Positions 30,901-39,824 of a stretch of 64,000 nt of DNA are shown one piece after another. The translations under genes were made by a program, and so were the position numbers. The DNA is from an uncultured Bacteriovoracaceae bacterium (GTDB lineage: Bacteria > Bdellovibrionota > Bacteriovoracia > Bacteriovoracales > Bacteriovoracaceae), in the NCBI GenBank assembly GCA_964012805.1, contig CAXGUD010000015.1, positions 23,419-87,418 of the forward strand, written 5' to 3'. Position 1 is the stretch's first letter. Every line of letters starts with the position of its first letter. The notes under the pieces are model-generated. The model worked only from the letters and a program-made list of their open reading frames with translations. It was not told the DNA's origin and searched no databases.

Positions 30901-31425
30901 TAATAAAAATTGAATACCTTGTATGAGTGCAAAAACTAATACCTGCTCTCTCATTTTTTCTGTAATGCCTTTTAAACTCGCAACCATCTTTAACTGACCA
31001 ATTTTTTCAGCTGGCTTATTGGCATCTCTCTCTTCCTCAGGAACTAAAATATCGGTTACATCAGTTATAGTGGCGCCTGCCTCCATTTTTCCTGCTTTAA
31101 CTCTAATTTCACCTTTTTCATCAGCAAAAGATTTAACATGAACATAAATAAAATCTGGGGTTGCAAGGATTCCTTTTATTTGACTATCAAGCTGGGAATC
31201 GTCTTCATAGAAAAGAGCCCTTCCAAGGGCCTCAAGGTTGGTTTTTTCTACGTTTGCGAAACGCTCTCTTAGATTTTTTTTAAATTCTAAGTAGTCCCTC
31301 CTCAAAGAAAGGCTGGTCCCAATTATTGAGACTATCAGACCTGAGAAGATAACCAGAAAAATTACTTTTTTGGCAATCGAGGTATCTTCCTTTCTTTTTT
31401 TAATTTCCATTCGCATATCTGTCAT
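27979..31425 (-). CDS. Membrane-anchored CheA-type kinase: 2TM sensor, HAMP, PAS-like, two Hpt, HATPase; no CheW domain
   Basis: Two TM segments, DELEKLVDSFNKM (HAMP), FRFLHTLKGN and THSLKG, HILRNALDHGLE, DDGKGID, SGRGIGMDIV; ends right after GTVFVIKI. Confidence 0.85.
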   Translation of the reverse strand: MTDMRMEIKKRKEDTSIAKKVIFLVIFSGLIVSIIGTSLSLRRDYLEFKKNLRERFANVEKTNLEALGRALFYEDDSQLDSQIKGILATPDFIYVHVKSFADEKGEIRVKAGKMEAGATITDVTDILVPEEERDANKPAEKIGQLKMVASLKGITEKMREQVLVFALIQGIQFLLITLIIYSVFRKYVSSHLQKMAHYAENFSLDDLQVGDLTLEREEQKKSDELEKLVDSFNKMKKNLQISHEKLRDYAENLEDKVKEATQEIEEEKDKVSNLLNNMKQAIFCVNGDWNVIPPVSSFTDTCFSHDILGKDIFKTLYKDVDLASEDYANLFSAYSVIFGANSLQWEMVEDHLLSKIHYNIYDSKGFVKEVKTFSVNYIPLWDENELLEKIMFNVEDVTEREKLEKEIKKEKKSNEKNISIITEMANAEIEDVENFLINARSLIDDTMALAKNPKSEKDNSVKNMFRFLHTLKGNARAFNFESISSLTHITESQVKEIQENKGDHFDKEDVGDLIDNLYFLRQEINDYGNLAKKVFRLENEFGKKLLKETHGYLTDLDNLICINLTNSEKKLSSNESIKGRREEFNNIKSKELTDEFKVQLKRTTHSLKGCLRSSSSLSIVREKVQNFETSFSLLEKLDDISLDDFSTRFIDNFIEIKDQVKTVYMQSDLNKPFAFTKSEWAELFNNIYKLTVSFKESKRNREYNIALGALIEQANKMDLLFVNKIAADLKGLTKLEDSDNIKSLFEVLWRYCSLISYLEFSKVKDHSQRKKYIEGFEKVINDEGKKLSEIESSILELDHEIILHSVLDIFIKNEIKPSYFFLEASKWLGSQDFYKLDSGLDIFLFNSSENPKLSLFRVELKTARITNNLPSKIKSLAHQGDPLAGVMELFFKNVDYYYYMKLIDFYQLVNGFFIEKQGDMNIKKVETWPVVMRNIKKLEKIIEEGNIDRIKKAVQKLKDIPILPQMSKFKTMIDDIALKLSKSVDFILDGDGVAMNKESYNLLQDAMVHILRNALDHGLELPKERQEMGKNPKGTIKVRCKENLADDSIEITIEDDGKGIDPQLIGKKAVQKGLLTEDQLKKMSDEEIIKVIFTPNFSQKDTVDELSGRGIGMDIVKENVNKIGGEVFVESKFGSGTVFVIKINDNKG

Positions 31426-31448
31426 AATAGAAATAGTTTATTTTAAGA

Positions 31449-31823
31449 TTACCTATTTAAAATTTTCTCAACCATTGTCAAAAACTTTTTGTCTGAAACT
31501 GGCTTAATCATCCAGATTGAGACGCCTGCTTCCATTCCATCTTTTCTTAGTTGTGGATTAGCTTCAGTAGTAACCATCATTATGGGAGCCGTTTCAAATG
31601 CTTCATCCTTCAGTTTTTTACACATGGACAATCCATCCATATTAGGCATATGGAGGTCAGAAATTATAAGGTCTATATCTGAGTGGTTTTTAATTAGGTC
31701 ATAACCCTCAATCCCATCTCCTGCTTCTAGGATCTGATGATCCAGATCTTCCAGCAGCTCTTTCATCTTATGCCTAAAATCGTGGGAATCTTCCACCAAT
31801 AGAATTTTCATATTATTCTCCAA
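31449..31823 (-). CDS. Single-domain response regulator (CheY-like)
   Basis: LVEDS, ISDLHMPNMDG, MVTTE, WMIKP. Confidence 0.9.
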   Translation of the reverse strand: MENNMKILLVEDSHDFRHKMKELLEDLDHQILEAGDGIEGYDLIKNHSDIDLIISDLHMPNMDGLSMCKKLKDEAFETAPIMMVTTEANPQLRKDGMEAGVSIWMIKPVSDKKFLTMVEKILNR

Positions 31824-31995
31824 AAAACCATCTTTATTAGGATTCTTATCGTTTCTTTTTTTAAAAGTTTAAATAGTTTCCAAAAAGGTTAATAAATGTT
31901 TATTGACCGACTTTTTTCATAAACTACCTTTGTATTTAAATATTTTTTCCAGAAACTCCGACAAATTGCATAGAAGTGCCATCTTTAGGGGAAAT

Positions 31996-34900
31996 ATGAA
32001 ACTTCTTTTCACTTTAACTATTTTATTTTTTTCACTCTCTTGTCCAGGTTTTTCACCCCCTAAAGCAATCAAGGGTATTATCGATTTATCCAGCATTGAC
32101 CTAAAAAAAGAAAAGCAAATTCCCTTAAACGGACAATGGAATTTTTACTGGAAAAAAATCATTAAACCCGAGGAGGTCTTAAATAAAAAATTACCCCTCC
32201 GAAGTAAATTAATAGAAGTTCCAGGGTTATGGACTTCACTAACCAAGAGCCAAAAAGATAGTAAAAAATTCCAAACTGGATATGGAAGCTACCTTCTTTA
32301 TGTAAAAGGCTTAAATTACAAATCAAAATTAGGTTTTACTCTTAAGTATTTCGCAACAGCTTATTCGAGTTATATAATCACAAAAAGTGAAATTATTCCT
32401 CTTTTTAGAATTGGAAAAGTTGGCAAAAGCGAAGAAGAGTCTATTCCAACAACAGCCACAAGAATAGCTGAATTAAATATCAAGGAAAGTGAATTCTATA
32501 TACTTATCCAGTCATCTAATTATCATTACAGAACAGGCGGTTTTTTTAATCCTTTTCTTATAGGGACATCAAAAAGCATTAATGAAAAAGTTATAAGTAA
32601 CTTCTTAAAGTCCTTTTTTCTCATGGGAGTTATACTAATAATGTCCCTTTATCACTTTGGATTATATAGCTTAAGAAGAAAAGACCTTGGAAGCTTTTGG
32701 TTTGGAGTTCTTTGTTTCGTATTGTTCTTGAGAGAGGGAACAACAGAAACCTTTTTGATGCAGTTTGTGGATCAGTCATCTTTTTTATTCCACCTTAATT
32801 CAAAACTAGAATATTCGACAATGTTTTTAGGAAGTGCCGTATTCCTCACATTCCTTAATGAAATTTTGAAAGATTATTTTAGCAAAAAGATAATACTTTT
32901 CTACTGGATATCTGGTGTCATTTACACACTCATTATGCTTTTTACATCTCCAGCAATATATACAAAAACAATATTCCTTACATCGAGTCAATTCATTTCT
33001 TTTACCTGTATTCTTTATGCAATAATAAATATTTTTAGGGCCGCTCTAAAAAAAGCGGAATATTCCAGAATCCTTGCTCTGGCCATTGGTTTTTTAGTTT
33101 TTGGAGCGACCTACGATATTCTCGTTACAAAAGACATATTTCCCCCGCCTTTTATAATGCCGTACACATTTATAGTTTTTATTTTTATACAAAGTTATAT
33201 TCTAGCAACTAAATTTTCTCATGCTTACAATACAGCTGAGGCCCTTAGTAAAGATTTGGAAAAGGAGGTTGTCTTTAGGACAAAAGAAGCTGTTTCTGCA
33301 AAAGAATTGGCCCAGTTGTCAGAAAAGAATATTTCGAACCTTCTAAATAATATGAGGCAATCCGTCTTCACGATTAATAATGAAAGAAAAGTAATGACAC
33401 CGGTTTCTCGCTTTACTTATGATATTTTTGAAACAAATATCGAAGGAAAAGGCGTTTTTGATCATATTTATGCCTCGATTGATGAGTCTTCAGAGCTTTA
33501 TTCTACTATTGATAATGTTTTTAACATGGTTTTTCTTTCTGATGAGTTTCAATGGGACTTATCAGAGGACTACCTACCAAGGCGAGTTATTTTTAGGAAT
33601 CATAATGATGATGATAAAACTGAAAAAATTCTTAAAGTGGCCTACACTCCTTTATGGAACGATAAAGAGAGTTTAGAAAGAATTATGTTTATTGTTGAAG
33701 ATATTACAGAAATAGAAAAATTAGAAAAAGAGATGAATGAACAAAAGTCAGCTGCGACCAAAAATATTCAAATGCTTCAGGAGATGGCGTCTTCAAACAA
33801 AGATGACCTAAGTATGTTTTTTTCGAACGCCTTAAAATTAACAGCTGATTCAATTGAATCCACAAAGACTTATAGAGAAAACATTCCACTAAAAGTGGAT
33901 TTTCCAGAGTTAGAAAAACTTTTTAGAAACCTTCATACCATAAAAGGTAACTCAAGAATTTTTGGATTATCCTTAATTTCATCGTTTGTGCATAACTTAG
34001 AGAGTGATGTACATGAATTTAAGGAGTTAAAAAATATTAATAAAAAACCAGACATTAATAGCATCGATGATTTTATTCAAAACCTTTACAGTTTGCAAGG
34101 CCAGGTGAATGATTATATGAGAGTTGGCCAAGAAGTATTTGACCTCAACTTTTCAGAAGATAAAAAGTTTAAACATGAGCTTCAACAATATTTAATTGAA
34201 CTTGAATTCCTTTTTCAAGACAGTATAGATAGGCCTTTAGAACAAATGGAAAACCCTCAATTTAAAGACAAAATAATTGAGTTGAAAAAAATAAAATCTT
34301 TTCCAGATGATATCCACCTACTTAAATTAAACCTCCATACAATAAAAGGGGTTTCCAGATCTATAGGTGAAAGAGACATTTCCGATTATATTCACTCTAT
34401 TGAGAATGGCGTCCAAATGCTTATCCAATCAGATAAAATGAGCAAAGATAAATTTAATGAAATATTCAAAATACCTTTATTTAAAGTTTACAACCTTGGT
34501 AAGTCTCTTTATTTTAAAACAAATATGCACAAAGATAAGCATCAGATTACTCATGATGGATGGGTGAAAATTTTCCTCGAAACTTATACTTTTTCAAATA
34601 ATCTTGCCCTTCACTATTTTCAAAATAAATTGGATGATCACGATTTAAAGATAAGCCTGGAAGCAATAAGCATTACTTCCAGAGAATATGGGTTGGATTT
34701 AATCAACAGAATTGTAAAAAAGGCGTTTCATGCTCTTGATCGAAATGAGTCTATAGAAGACGTCATATTTCCCTATTGCATAGAAATGTGGTCATATCTA
34801 TCATTAATTTCTCTTTTTGACTTTGAAAAGAATGGGGACTTAAAGAGTGCATCCAAAGTTTTTGACCACTTTCATGAAAACGATTTTAATCTAGATGAAT

Positions 34901-35979
34901 CAGGTAATATAGGAAAAACAATTTTCACTTCTTTTTTAAGAACAATTTTTAGCGAAAAGCTTGCGACCAAAGAAGAGTTTTTAAAGCTTATGGAAATATG
35001 CCTTCAATGTGGACCTAAAGGGGTTTTAAAAGCGTTTATACCACAAAGGCCATTTCATCATTTATTGCCCGACATTCTCAATGAACTTGAGGATGATTTT
35101 AATGCAGAAAGAATTTACAGAATAATTAAAAAAGAAGATGGAAAAGAATCATATTTTTTTACCTACCTTAGTAATTTTGTTAATAAAAAAAGTGATTACT
35201 ATCTAAGACTTATAGAAACTTTAACTCTTTTAAGGTCTTTTACAGAATTTGATGATGAATCGAAAGAAGTCATTATGCCCCAGGTGGTTGAGGTTCTTTT
35301 AGATAATTTTAACCAATTCAAAAAAACAATAGAAGAAATTGAAGAAGACAAAAAAGTTAAAGACCTAAAAAGGTTCCACTATCAATTTGATCGTCTTCTA
35401 GATATGCCAGTTAAGTATTCATTCGTACGTTTTAAAAGTGTTGTAAAGGAGCTCTCACGAGACCTTGGAAAAAAAGTTAAATTTATTATATCTGGTGATC
35501 AAGGTTCTCTTAATAGAGATAAACTAAATTTACTTTTGGACTCCATGATTCACTTAATAAGGAACTCATTAGATCATGGAATAGAGACACCAAAAAGCAG
35601 AGTCTTATTTGGTAAAGAAGAGTTTGGTACCCTTGAAATAGAATGCCTAGAAAAAAAGGATCAATCCCTTAGAATTTCCATAAGAGACGATGGTAAAGGT
35701 GTTAATCCTGATGCAATTGTCGAAAAAGGAATAAAAGAAGGGTTAATAACAAAACAACAAGCTAAAAAGATGAATGATCAGGAAAAGGTTTCTCTTATCT
35801 TTTTACCAAACTTTAGTACAAAAAGTGTCACGACTGAGGTCTCAGGAAGAGGTGTTGGCATGGATGTAGTCAAAAAGAACCTTGAAACCATTGGGGCAGA
35901 ATTGACCCTCAACAATACCCCCGGTAAAGGCACAGAGTTTATTATAGAATTAAATAATAACAACAAGCTTGTCTCCTAA
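31996..35979 (+). CDS. 7TM-DISM-fused CheA-type kinase: 7TM, PAS-like, two Hpt, HATPase; no CheW domain
   Basis: Likely ATG at 31996 after AGGGG (ORF track starts at 31903); LNGQWNFYW, VPGLW, GYGSY extracellular domain; 7 TM; FRNLHTIKGN and NLHTIKG; HLIRNSLDHGIE; SGRGVGMDVV. Confidence 0.85.
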   Translation: MKLLFTLTILFFSLSCPGFSPPKAIKGIIDLSSIDLKKEKQIPLNGQWNFYWKKIIKPEEVLNKKLPLRSKLIEVPGLWTSLTKSQKDSKKFQTGYGSYLLYVKGLNYKSKLGFTLKYFATAYSSYIITKSEIIPLFRIGKVGKSEEESIPTTATRIAELNIKESEFYILIQSSNYHYRTGGFFNPFLIGTSKSINEKVISNFLKSFFLMGVILIMSLYHFGLYSLRRKDLGSFWFGVLCFVLFLREGTTETFLMQFVDQSSFLFHLNSKLEYSTMFLGSAVFLTFLNEILKDYFSKKIILFYWISGVIYTLIMLFTSPAIYTKTIFLTSSQFISFTCILYAIINIFRAALKKAEYSRILALAIGFLVFGATYDILVTKDIFPPPFIMPYTFIVFIFIQSYILATKFSHAYNTAEALSKDLEKEVVFRTKEAVSAKELAQLSEKNISNLLNNMRQSVFTINNERKVMTPVSRFTYDIFETNIEGKGVFDHIYASIDESSELYSTIDNVFNMVFLSDEFQWDLSEDYLPRRVIFRNHNDDDKTEKILKVAYTPLWNDKESLERIMFIVEDITEIEKLEKEMNEQKSAATKNIQMLQEMASSNKDDLSMFFSNALKLTADSIESTKTYRENIPLKVDFPELEKLFRNLHTIKGNSRIFGLSLISSFVHNLESDVHEFKELKNINKKPDINSIDDFIQNLYSLQGQVNDYMRVGQEVFDLNFSEDKKFKHELQQYLIELEFLFQDSIDRPLEQMENPQFKDKIIELKKIKSFPDDIHLLKLNLHTIKGVSRSIGERDISDYIHSIENGVQMLIQSDKMSKDKFNEIFKIPLFKVYNLGKSLYFKTNMHKDKHQITHDGWVKIFLETYTFSNNLALHYFQNKLDDHDLKISLEAISITSREYGLDLINRIVKKAFHALDRNESIEDVIFPYCIEMWSYLSLISLFDFEKNGDLKSASKVFDHFHENDFNLDESGNIGKTIFTSFLRTIFSEKLATKEEFLKLMEICLQCGPKGVLKAFIPQRPFHHLLPDILNELEDDFNAERIYRIIKKEDGKESYFFTYLSNFVNKKSDYYLRLIETLTLLRSFTEFDDESKEVIMPQVVEVLLDNFNQFKKTIEEIEEDKKVKDLKRFHYQFDRLLDMPVKYSFVRFKSVVKELSRDLGKKVKFIISGDQGSLNRDKLNLLLDSMIHLIRNSLDHGIETPKSRVLFGKEEFGTLEIECLEKKDQSLRISIRDDGKGVNPDAIVEKGIKEGLITKQQAKKMNDQEKVSLIFLPNFSTKSVTTEVSGRGVGMDVVKKNLETIGAELTLNNTPGKGTEFIIELNNNNKLVS

Positions 35980-36081
35980 TTTTAATGTTCAATAGCTCCA
36001 AATTAAACTATGCATAATGACAAGACCTCTTCTTTTCATTAGCTTGCCCCTTCAAATTGCAAAGAAACGAATTAAAATATA

Positions 36082-37206
36082 ATGAAAATTTGGCTTTTAG
36101 ACCCCTATTTTACAGGATCTCACAAGAAGTGGGCCCTTGAATACCAAAAATACTCTTCCCATGAAGTAACACTTTTAACTTTAAAAGGTCGGCATTGGAA
36201 ATGGCGTATGCATGGGGGCTCTATCAGTCTCGCAAAAATGGCGCTTGATAAAAAAGAAAAGCCTGATCTTTTTCTGGCGACTTCTATGATGGATATAACA
36301 ACATTCTTGGCCCTAACAAGAAATACTTTTAAAAATGTGAAAGTGGCACTCTACTTTCATGAAAATCAATGGAGTTACCCACTCTCCCCCAACGATAATG
36401 ATCCCAAATACCAAAGAGATCATCACTATGGTTTCATTCAGTATGCTTCTGCTTTAAGTGCCGATGCTCTATTTTTTAACTCCTCATTTAATCTAGAAAA
36501 GTTTATAGAAGGCTCTTCAAAATTTCTCAAAAGTATGAGGGACTTTCGTGAATTAGATACAATTTCCACCATCAGAAAAAAATCATTCGTTCTTCCTCTA
36601 GGCCTAGACCTTAAAAAGTTTGATTCATTTCAAGATTTTTCTAAGCCTAGCGAACATAAAAAAAAATCTGCTCCATTAATTCTTTGGAACCATAGATGGG
36701 AACATGACAAAAACCCTGAGTTTTTTTTTAATACGCTCTTTAAACTTGATAAGGATAAAATAGATTTCAACCTGGCCCTTTTGGGGGAAAACAGAGGTGG
36801 CAAAGTACCACACGTTTTTAAGAAGGCCAAAGATTATTTTGGTGATAGAGTTCTTGTTTGTGGGCATCAAGAACGTTTCGAAGATTATGCCTCTTGGCTT
36901 TGGAAATCAGACATTTCATACATAACCTCTAACCACGACTTCTTCGGTGTAAGTGCGGTAGAGGCCCTATATTGTCATTGCTTTCCAATATATCCAAAAA
37001 GACTCGCCTACCCAGAACACTTTGGAGATGAATTTCAACACCACCTATATTCGGATGATAAAGAAGGTCAACAAGCTTTAAAAAAAGCCCTTTTAGAATT
37101 TCCTTTTTATGAAAAGATACCCTCAAATAAAGCGAAGGAGTATGACTGGAGCAAGATGGCCCTAATCTATGATAATAAATTTTCTAATTTAAATAGTAGT
37201 TGCTAA
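36082..37206 (+). CDS. DUF3524 glycosyltransferase (GTDC1/QTMAN-like, GT-B fold)
   Basis: PYFTGSH..W, WKWRMHG, YFHENQ..YP, FNS.FN, WNHRWEHDKNPE, HDFFGVSAVEA, RLAYPE. Confidence 0.88.
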   Translation: MKIWLLDPYFTGSHKKWALEYQKYSSHEVTLLTLKGRHWKWRMHGGSISLAKMALDKKEKPDLFLATSMMDITTFLALTRNTFKNVKVALYFHENQWSYPLSPNDNDPKYQRDHHYGFIQYASALSADALFFNSSFNLEKFIEGSSKFLKSMRDFRELDTISTIRKKSFVLPLGLDLKKFDSFQDFSKPSEHKKKSAPLILWNHRWEHDKNPEFFFNTLFKLDKDKIDFNLALLGENRGGKVPHVFKKAKDYFGDRVLVCGHQERFEDYASWLWKSDISYITSNHDFFGVSAVEALYCHCFPIYPKRLAYPEHFGDEFQHHLYSDDKEGQQALKKALLEFPFYEKIPSNKAKEYDWSKMALIYDNKFSNLNSSC

Positions 37207-37210
37207 TTTA

Positions 37211-37384
37211 TCAATGCTCAACAAGAACGCTAGGGTCTCCACCACGTTCAACTTGGCAATAATCCCAATAAAGAGATACTCTTTTGCAGTTTTTTAATTT
37301 AACAACTCTAGTTTCAAGCTGATAAATCGCACAACCTGAAAACATTGAGAGTCCTAAAAACAGAAGCAATAGATTTTTAATCAT
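37211..37384 (-). CDS. Small lipoprotein, 57 aa (not in ORF track)
   Basis: MIKNLLLLFLGLSMFSG-CAIYQLETRVVKLKNCKRVSLYWDYCQVERGGDPSVLVEH; GAGGA RBS; lipobox FSGC. Confidence 0.75.
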   Translation of the reverse strand: MIKNLLLLFLGLSMFSGCAIYQLETRVVKLKNCKRVSLYWDYCQVERGGDPSVLVEH

Positions 37385-37399
37385 TCTTCAAGTCCTCAA

Positions 37400-37570
37400 T
37401 TACCAGCAGAATTTATCAAAACACTTACGTGGACCATAGTGGTTGTAACACTTCTTTGAAAATAGACTACCCTCACAAATAGTGCCATTTCCTGGAAAGG
37501 TATAACGGCTTGTACTTCCGCAAGAACTAAGAAGAAGTGATAATCCTACAATTGCTAAAAATTTTTTCAT
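37400..37570 (-). CDS. Small lipoprotein, 56 aa (not in ORF track)
   Basis: MKKFLAIVGLSLLLSS-CGSTSRYTFPGNGTICEGSLFSKKCYNHYGPRKCFDKFCW; AAGGA RBS; lipobox LSSC. Confidence 0.78.
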   Translation of the reverse strand: MKKFLAIVGLSLLLSSCGSTSRYTFPGNGTICEGSLFSKKCYNHYGPRKCFDKFCW

Positions 37571-37612
37571 GCTCTTTTCCTTCCTTTTAAGATTTACCTT
37601 ATTATTTAAAAA

Positions 37613-37765
37613 TTAATTTAAATGAAGGCAGTCCGTTGCAGGAACCATAAAGTGGTAACGGTAACAAACAGCATCCGATCGCGATTTATCGTAAAAACGA
37701 TTTTGTTTCGAGCTACATGAACTCACCATTAGAGTTATCAAAAGTGTTGCTAGAAGGGTTTTCAT
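37613..37765 (-). CDS. Small lipoprotein, 50 aa
   Basis: MKTLLATLLITLMVSS-CSSKQNRFYDKSRSDAVCYRYHFMVPATDCLHLN; AAGGA RBS before ATG 37765; lipobox VSSC. Confidence 0.75.
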   Translation of the reverse strand: MKTLLATLLITLMVSSCSSKQNRFYDKSRSDAVCYRYHFMVPATDCLHLN

Positions 37766-38107
37766 AATGAAGTCCTTTAATGTTAAATTGAGCTTAAGTC
37801 TAACTAGCACAAACTTTAGCTGCTCTACAGGCAATCAGTTGCACCGTGTAATTTTTAAACCCTTTTAACCTAAGGAGCAGGAGGCTTTGCTTTATATGGG
37901 CCCTAATGAAACGAATTGAATCATTAAGTGGAGGGCTTTCAGGTTAATTTTTCAGACTTTTTTTTCAGAAAAAGGCGAAGTTTCGACTACTTAGGATATT
38001 TTTTCTATTTTTAAACAGACAATAGTTAGACAACTAAAACATTTTTTTTTATGTAAGGTCATCCTGATGTAATAAATAACCTCATTTCAAAGCCCAAAGG
38101 AGGTAAA

Positions 38108-38656
38108 ATGCTAAAATCATTAAAAAGACTCTCTGCGAGCATCTTTTTTCTCTCTCTCACTGTTTCACCAAGTCTTGAGGCTTCAAGCGGCCGCCAGATC
38201 TTAAGACCTGTTGATAATGTCCAAATCGAAAGGTTTATGGGGCAATGGTATGTCATTTCTCATATTCCAACATTTATTGAGAGGAAGTCTTATAATGCCG
38301 TTGAGACGTATAGTATGAACGAAGATGGCCAAATTGATGTTACTTTTACCTATAGAAAGGGTTCTTTTGATGGCCCAAAAAGAAAATTAATGCCAAAAGC
38401 CTTTCTAAAAAAAGGTGGAAAAGCCTCAGAATGGGATATTCAATTACTTTGGCCTTTTTGGAGTGACTACCAAATCATTGACCTTGATGTTGACTACCAG
38501 TGGACTATCATTGGTGTTCCAAGTAAGAGGTATGCCTGGATTATGGCCAGAAAGCCTTTTATGGACAGAGACCTACATAGAAAACTTGTCATAAAACTTA
38601 AGGATTCTGGGTATAACATTAGAAAGTTGAGAATAGTCCCACACAAGTGGGACTAA
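38108..38656 (+). CDS. blc: Bacterial lipocalin (Blc family)
   Basis: V.IERFMGQWYVI (GxW motif), WPFWSDYQII.LD.DYQW, WIMARKP. Confidence 0.85.
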   Translation: MLKSLKRLSASIFFLSLTVSPSLEASSGRQILRPVDNVQIERFMGQWYVISHIPTFIERKSYNAVETYSMNEDGQIDVTFTYRKGSFDGPKRKLMPKAFLKKGGKASEWDIQLLWPFWSDYQIIDLDVDYQWTIIGVPSKRYAWIMARKPFMDRDLHRKLVIKLKDSGYNIRKLRIVPHKWD

Positions 38657-39609
38657 TGAATAAGCTGATTAGCTGAAGACCCTGGCTTGAGCTCTTTAAA
38701 AATCATTGCCACAGCATTATGGCTGTGGAGTGATTCAAAGTGCTCAACCTTAGCTTCCCAATAAAGAATATCTTCAACACTATCTAAAATTGCTGAAAGT
38801 CTTCGAGAAGCGTGCTCAACAAACATTGGGTTTTCCCCATTTAAAATTGCAAACGCTTGTTCATCTAGCCGCTTCACCATGCTTTGGGTTTCTGTTGGAA
38901 GGGCTACTTTCAGAAGATCAATAACTTTTTCAATAGTAATATCACTCTCATAGTCATAATGAACGGAAACGCTGGCTTTTGACCTTTGACTGTGGGCCGT
39001 TGCGATCCCATTGCCTTCCTTTGTCTTCCCAAGGCGGTAATCTTCTTCATACTGCTTCGCCATCGAAAGGCTGCAAGGACATGTTGAAGAATATTCATAG
39101 CCAACTTTCAAAACCATAGAGATTTTTCCCAATGAATCTTCTTCGGCTTTAATTGTCACGGGATAGTACTGCCAGCCCCATAAATCACTTTTTAGAGACT
39201 TTTGCTTCATGGGAAAATCAAAACTAATCTCTAGGTTTGCTTTACTGATAAGGTCTTCGTGAGGCTCATCTCGCAAATCTTTCCTAAACCTTGAAAGGGT
39301 GTTTTTGAAAAACGTTTTATCCATGGGCCCTTTCATGGCCTCTTCCTGAAGGATCGAGCAGAAACGGCTCATATTCACACCATTTTTACCAGGTGCGAGC
39401 TCAACAAACATTGATGCTTCCGCATTGTGACCCACCAAGCCGTTTTCACCTTTGGACTGTATTGGTAAACGAAACCTCTCAATTCCTACATAAGGTATCC
39501 TAACAGCATTTTTAGCAGGCAATTTTTGGAAGTCGTTTAGCCCACTTTCATCTTTGACAGAGCACCCTAAAATATCTTTCGCCTTTGTTGTAAGGTTATC
39601 AGGAAGCAT
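38653..39609 (-). CDS. folE2: GTP cyclohydrolase IB
   Basis: GVNMSRF, YSSTCPCS, AHSQRS, VKR.DEQAFA, PMFVE..SR, HFESLHSHNAVA. Confidence 0.9.
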   Translation of the reverse strand: MLPDNLTTKAKDILGCSVKDESGLNDFQKLPAKNAVRIPYVGIERFRLPIQSKGENGLVGHNAEASMFVELAPGKNGVNMSRFCSILQEEAMKGPMDKTFFKNTLSRFRKDLRDEPHEDLISKANLEISFDFPMKQKSLKSDLWGWQYYPVTIKAEEDSLGKISMVLKVGYEYSSTCPCSLSMAKQYEEDYRLGKTKEGNGIATAHSQRSKASVSVHYDYESDITIEKVIDLLKVALPTETQSMVKRLDEQAFAILNGENPMFVEHASRRLSAILDSVEDILYWEAKVEHFESLHSHNAVAMIFKELKPGSSANQLIH

Positions 39610-39824
39610 TTCTTTTCACCCCATATAATAAAATCAATAAATATTAAAAAATGTAAAGATGAGGTTTTACCTTAAGAAAACCATAACGACAAAGTTTTCA
39701 ATAAAATTATCTGATTTAAGGGACTTAAAAAATGTGATTATAGCTTAGACAATAGAGAAATCAGGTATTTGAGCTTGTTTTGTCTTTAGAATTTAGGAGC
39801 CTAAACAATGTTAGGGTTAAAGGA

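Noticed and set aside
27979..35979. Calling the two kinases canonical cheA, or truncated cheA pseudogenes
   Set aside because: Both are intact, end at the equivalent point after the ATPase and carry their own membrane sensors, so the missing CheW domain looks like architecture rather than decay.
25211..35979. Very AT-rich stretch as a possible genomic island
   Set aside because: No integrase, tRNA or flanking direct repeats are visible, and the composition shift could not be quantified by eye.
37766..37834. Longer TTG start for the 37613 ORF
   Set aside because: The ATG at 37765 has an RBS and gives a proper lipoprotein signal peptide.
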